64,000 bases of DNA from an uncultured delta proteobacterium (GTDB taxonomy: Bacteria > Desulfobacterota > Desulfomonilia > Desulfomonilales > Desulfomonilaceae), in NCBI GenBank assembly GCA_963789265.1, contig CAWBKB010000001.1, positions 576,001-640,000 of the forward strand. Reading direction: 5' to 3'. Positions 60,452-64,000 of the stretch are shown in pieces. How positions within the stretch are numbered: the stretch's first letter is position 1; every line of letters begins with the position of its first letter. Below the pieces are notes generated by a model. The model was given only the letters and a program-made list of their open reading frames with translations. It had not been told where the DNA came from and searched no databases. The translations under genes were made by a program, and so were the position numbers.

Positions 60452-61730
60452 ATGAGCACCACTTATGAACCAATGTGGCGGGAGCTTGGACTGGATCTTG
60501 AAGCCCACGACGCGCTTCTACAAATCCTGGGAAAACGGTATCAGGATATCTTTCTTAGCCAGAAGGACCGCCCGGCAGGCATGGATTACTTCAACTTTGT
60601 CATGAGCGAGGTCCACGGCCTGAGGATCAAAGAGCTTCTTGACGGAAAGAAACAAGGTCACAAGGTCGTCGGTTGCTATTGTGTTTTCGTTCCTGAAGAA
60701 ATCGTTCGAGCTGCGGATGCCACCGCTGTGGGCTTGTCGCGCGGGAGCGGAATTCGCAACTGAGGAAGTTGAAAAGATACTTCCGCGTAACACTTGCGCT
60801 TTGATCAAGTCCGCGTTCGGATTCAAGCTCGGTAAGGTGTGTCCGTACGTCGAAGCCTCGGACATGATCGTCGGGGAAAACACCTGCGACGGCAAGAAAA
60901 AATCCTACGAAGTTCTGGACACCCTGGTCTCGAACCTCTACGTGATGGATCTCCCGCAGATGAAATCAGATGACGGTCGGGCCCTATTGAGAGCTGAATA
61001 CTACAAGTTTAAGACTGCTATGGAAGAATTAACCGGAGTTACCATGGACGCCTCTCGCCTTAAGAAGGGAATCGAAATCGTCAACAACAAGCGTAAAGCG
61101 ATCCATAGGCTATCCGAGCTGAGGAAGGCCGACCCTGCCTCCATTTCCGGTTTGGATGCGCTTCTGATAAATCAGGTGTTCTTCTACGACGATCCTGTTA
61201 GGTTCACCGAATCCGTCAACAAGATTTGTGACGAGCTGGAGGTGCGAGTCCGCGACAAGAAAGGCGTGTACCCGCAAGGTACGCCTCGTATCCTCCTGTC
61301 CGGGTGTCCTATGGCGGTACCCAACTGGAAGCTGCCATGGGTTATCGAAACATCGGGAGCTGTTATCGTGGGAGAAGAATCCTGTGTGGGTGAGAGAGGC
61401 ACTCGCAACCAAACCGACGATTCCGGCGCCACAACGGATGAACTGATGGAAGCTATTGTGGATCGGCATTTCAAGATCGACTGTGCCGTCTTCACACCAA
61501 ACCCGGACCGTCGCGAGCACGTCAAGCAGATGTACGCTGATTACGGGGCGAACGGAGTCATTCATTACGGGTTGCAGTTCTGCCAGCCCTATCAGATAGA
61601 GTCTTTGCCGGTGGAAAATGCTCTGGAAGAATCAGGTATCCCGACATTAAGAGTGGATACTGACTACAGCGTGGAGGATGTTGAACAGGTTAAGACAAGA
61701 GTGGAGGCATTCATCGAGCGAATCAAATAG
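60452..61730 (+). CDS. Double-cubane cluster protein / 2-hydroxyacyl-CoA dehydratase-like reductase (frameshift near 60738)
   Basis: W..LGLDL..HD, EVHG.RIKEL, CVFVPEE, RNTCALIK, TCDGKKK, EESCVG, CAVFTPN, LQFC, DTDY. Confidence 0.85.
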
Positions 61731-61823
61731 CAAGAATCTCTGCTACGGGATGAAGCGGGAACGAATTCGCGTTTAAAATTATGAGAAAATCCCCTCTGCC
61801 CCCTTCTGTAAAGGGAGTAGGGG

Positions 61824-62010
61824 TATGGGCGTTAAAATAGCCCAGTGGGACTCAGCGTTCCCCCCTTTTTAAAAGGGGGGCCAGGGGGATTTTGCTTTAA
61901 CTCCTTGGAAATCCCCCTAAATCCCCCTTTAAGAAAGGGGGACTTTGATGGCCTGTCAGCGACGTGAAGTGCTCTAAACTATCAGAATTAGCTCTAATTT
62001 AACGCCCATG
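61824..62010. mobile_element. MITE, CAT(A/G)GGCGTTAA class
   Basis: TATGGGCGTTAAA / TTTAACGCCCATG; interior is an inverted homolog of 32778-32943. Confidence 0.75.
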
Positions 62011-62056
62011 AGGGAAAGGGGATTATGAATGCGAATTCTTATGACAGGAGGAAGAA

Positions 62057-62809
62057 TTGGTCGTCACAGGAATTGATATAGGCTCAAGGACAATTAAGCT
62101 GATAGTCTTGGACTCCGAACGCGGCTGCGTCCTGTCGTCCCGCAAGGCCGAAACCACTTTCAGACCTCTGGAGCAGAGCAAGTCGATTCTTGCCCAGACC
62201 CGATGGGACCGGTTGATAGCCACGGGTTACGGCAGGAAGCTGGCTCAAGATCATTTTAGCGCAGAAACAATTACGGAAATCCAGGCACACGCCCTGGGGG
62301 CTCGGAGTCTGTTCCCCGACACCAGCTCTATCCTTGATATCGGAGGACAGGACACCAAGGCCATCGCGTTGGACGATCGGGGCCGAGTTCGAAAATTCGA
62401 AATGAATGACAGGTGCGCCGCGGGTACGGGCAAATTCCTGGAATTGATGGCCACGAGTTTTCAGCTTTCGGTCGAAGATTTTGGAGAGTTTGCCTTGCAA
62501 GGCAAACCGGGCCTGGTCATTAATAGTATGTGCACGGTTTTTGCCGAGACAGAGGCCACTTCCCTTATGGCGCGGGGACACAAACCTCAGGATATCGCCC
62601 TGGCACTCCACCTTTCTGTGGTGAAGCGCTCGTTGTCAATGCTCAAAAGGATGTCAACGAACGGGGTCCTGGTCTTTTCCGGTGGGGTGGCACGCAACCG
62701 ATGTGTGGTGAAGCTAATCGAGAGGGAAACAAAGTCGAAACTGTTGATTCCGGAAGATCCGGATATGGTCGGCGCACTGGGGGCCGCATTGCACGGCGCC
62801 CGAAACTGA
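62057..62809 (+). CDS. Acyl-CoA dehydratase activase (ASKHA 4Fe-4S ATPase)
   Basis: GIDIGS, ATGYGR, DIGGQDTK, MNDRCAAGTG, CTVFAE, GALGAAL. Confidence 0.92.
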   Translation: MVVTGIDIGSRTIKLIVLDSERGCVLSSRKAETTFRPLEQSKSILAQTRWDRLIATGYGRKLAQDHFSAETITEIQAHALGARSLFPDTSSILDIGGQDTKAIALDDRGRVRKFEMNDRCAAGTGKFLELMATSFQLSVEDFGEFALQGKPGLVINSMCTVFAETEATSLMARGHKPQDIALALHLSVVKRSLSMLKRMSTNGVLVFSGGVARNRCVVKLIERETKSKLLIPEDPDMVGALGAALHGARN

Positions 62810-62875
62810 CTTCTCCAAGCCGGAAATCTGTGGGCCGCGGGGCGATCACCCGCAATACATCTCTTCCCCCGAAAA

Positions 62876-63934
62876 TCATGTATATATGCTGGAGTATGGG
62901 ATCGGTCGCACGTCTCCGCTTAAAGGGGGGGGGACAATGAGCTGCAAGTCGACGTTGAGCCACTGATAATCGGGGTTCAGTTCTCTCAACTTGCCGTCGT
63001 CCGGGGGAGAGGAGTGCTCGTTGTGAGTGTAGGTCACGAGAAAAATGCCAACTCCGTATTTAGTGGTTTTGTCGATCAGATAGGAGTTGATGAACTCCTT
63101 TTCCGTGATGTTGACCTTACGAGCAAGCTCCCTGAAGTCATCAATCGGGATTCGAATGAGCACGTACTTTGCGATTCCCTGCTCCGAGGTACGAATCAAC
63201 GTGCGGGCCTCTGAAGAAGAGATATACACAGTTGATATGAAGTCGAATCTGGCCATATAACGCGCGGCCACCAGTGCGGCAGTCCGCCTTCCGCCGACCG
63301 TGTGATGGAATCCATAATACTCATATAGCTTCTGCTGCAGATTTTCGGCCGGTCTCTCCCCCTTTTCATACAATTCCTTAGATATATACCTCAGCCAACG
63401 CCCCAAATCCTCAGCCGCGTCAGCTACGGGCCAGTCTATGCGCACATGAAAATGGGTGAGTCCGAACCTGTACCTGGCCTTTATGGTGGGGTCTCTCTGG
63501 ATTAGCACCGCGAAGTCTTCTTTGAGGAGCTTCTTCAGAAGGTTTACGAATTCGGTATTCTCAAAATAGCGCATTCGTTGGTGGAAAACATCTTGAAGAT
63601 CAAAAACGCCCAGCCCGCCCAGGTTCTCCTTTGTGACTTTGTTGGAATCGAAAAATCGGATGTTGGTCTTCGCGTTGGCCGGAAGAGTGTCCTCATTGAA
63701 TATCACGATGAAATGACGTTGTTCCGGATATTCAGGCCCGACTATCTTTGCCCTGGGTTTTAGCTGGCGCATCTCGACAAAAGGATAGCTCTCATCGCGA
63801 TTCCTGAAAGCCATATAGGATTCGATCAGAGATTCAGTGACTAAAACGCTGTCCAGCTCATCTCTAAGAAAAAAGTACAAACAACGGCGAAACCTCTCAT
63901 TCCAAGATATTTCGTTGCGTCGCAAGAAGGGCAT
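62876..63934 (-). CDS. Hypothetical protein
   Basis: 352-aa uninterrupted ORF with protein-like composition; family not recognised. Confidence 0.75.
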   Translation of the reverse strand: MPFLRRNEISWNERFRRCLYFFLRDELDSVLVTESLIESYMAFRNRDESYPFVEMRQLKPRAKIVGPEYPEQRHFIVIFNEDTLPANAKTNIRFFDSNKVTKENLGGLGVFDLQDVFHQRMRYFENTEFVNLLKKLLKEDFAVLIQRDPTIKARYRFGLTHFHVRIDWPVADAAEDLGRWLRYISKELYEKGERPAENLQQKLYEYYGFHHTVGGRRTAALVAARYMARFDFISTVYISSSEARTLIRTSEQGIAKYVLIRIPIDDFRELARKVNITEKEFINSYLIDKTTKYGVGIFLVTYTHNEHSSPPDDGKLRELNPDYQWLNVDLQLIVPPPLSGDVRPIPYSSIYT

Positions 63935-64000
63935 GGATTTCCCGCCTATGTCGAGTCCGATACATTGTCCGGGCAGGTATTGGACGTGAAGCTTACACGA

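Noticed and set aside
1..64000. CRISPR array, tRNA or rRNA genes
   Set aside because: No regularly spaced 25-45-bp repeats with unique spacers, and no recognisable tRNA or rRNA sequence by eye.

Overview
A 64-kb bacterial chromosomal segment. Gene content (CooC, double-cubane protein pair, 4Fe-4S proteins, a probable selenoprotein) suggests an anaerobic Desulfobacterota, possibly Desulfomonile-like; this is inference. (1) 0.2-10.1 kb is an accessory mosaic of unrelated genes: AdaA-AlkA, Ogt, flavoprotein, DHFR-like, an orphan NucC-like nuclease, a DUF4427/AbiGi-like protein, a UGA-containing C-GCAxxG-C-C protein and SRPBCC. These are separated by remnants and termini of REP-associated tyrosine (HUH/Y1, RAYT) transposase elements. 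Three of the genes are each bracketed by their own pair of direct repeats. This cassette-like array is the best candidate for an undescribed system. (2) 10.2-21.2 kb holds a LuxR regulator, a Liv-type ABC transporter, aldehyde and aryl-alcohol dehydrogenases, an SDR and an MBL hydrolase. (3) An intact IS1182 sits in a REP hairpin. (4) The rest is mostly housekeeping: ribF, an osmoprotectant ABC transporter, folD, cooC, serA, a lytic transglycosylase, dtd, glgE-treS/mak-glgB-malQ, a histidine kinase and a double-cubane protein with its activase. Intergenic spaces are filled with several families of nested MITEs and REPs with readable target-site duplications. About eight to ten genes carry 1-2 nt frameshifts, most likely sequencing errors. 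No rRNA, tRNA or CRISPR array was seen. All family calls are by eye from motifs, without database searches.
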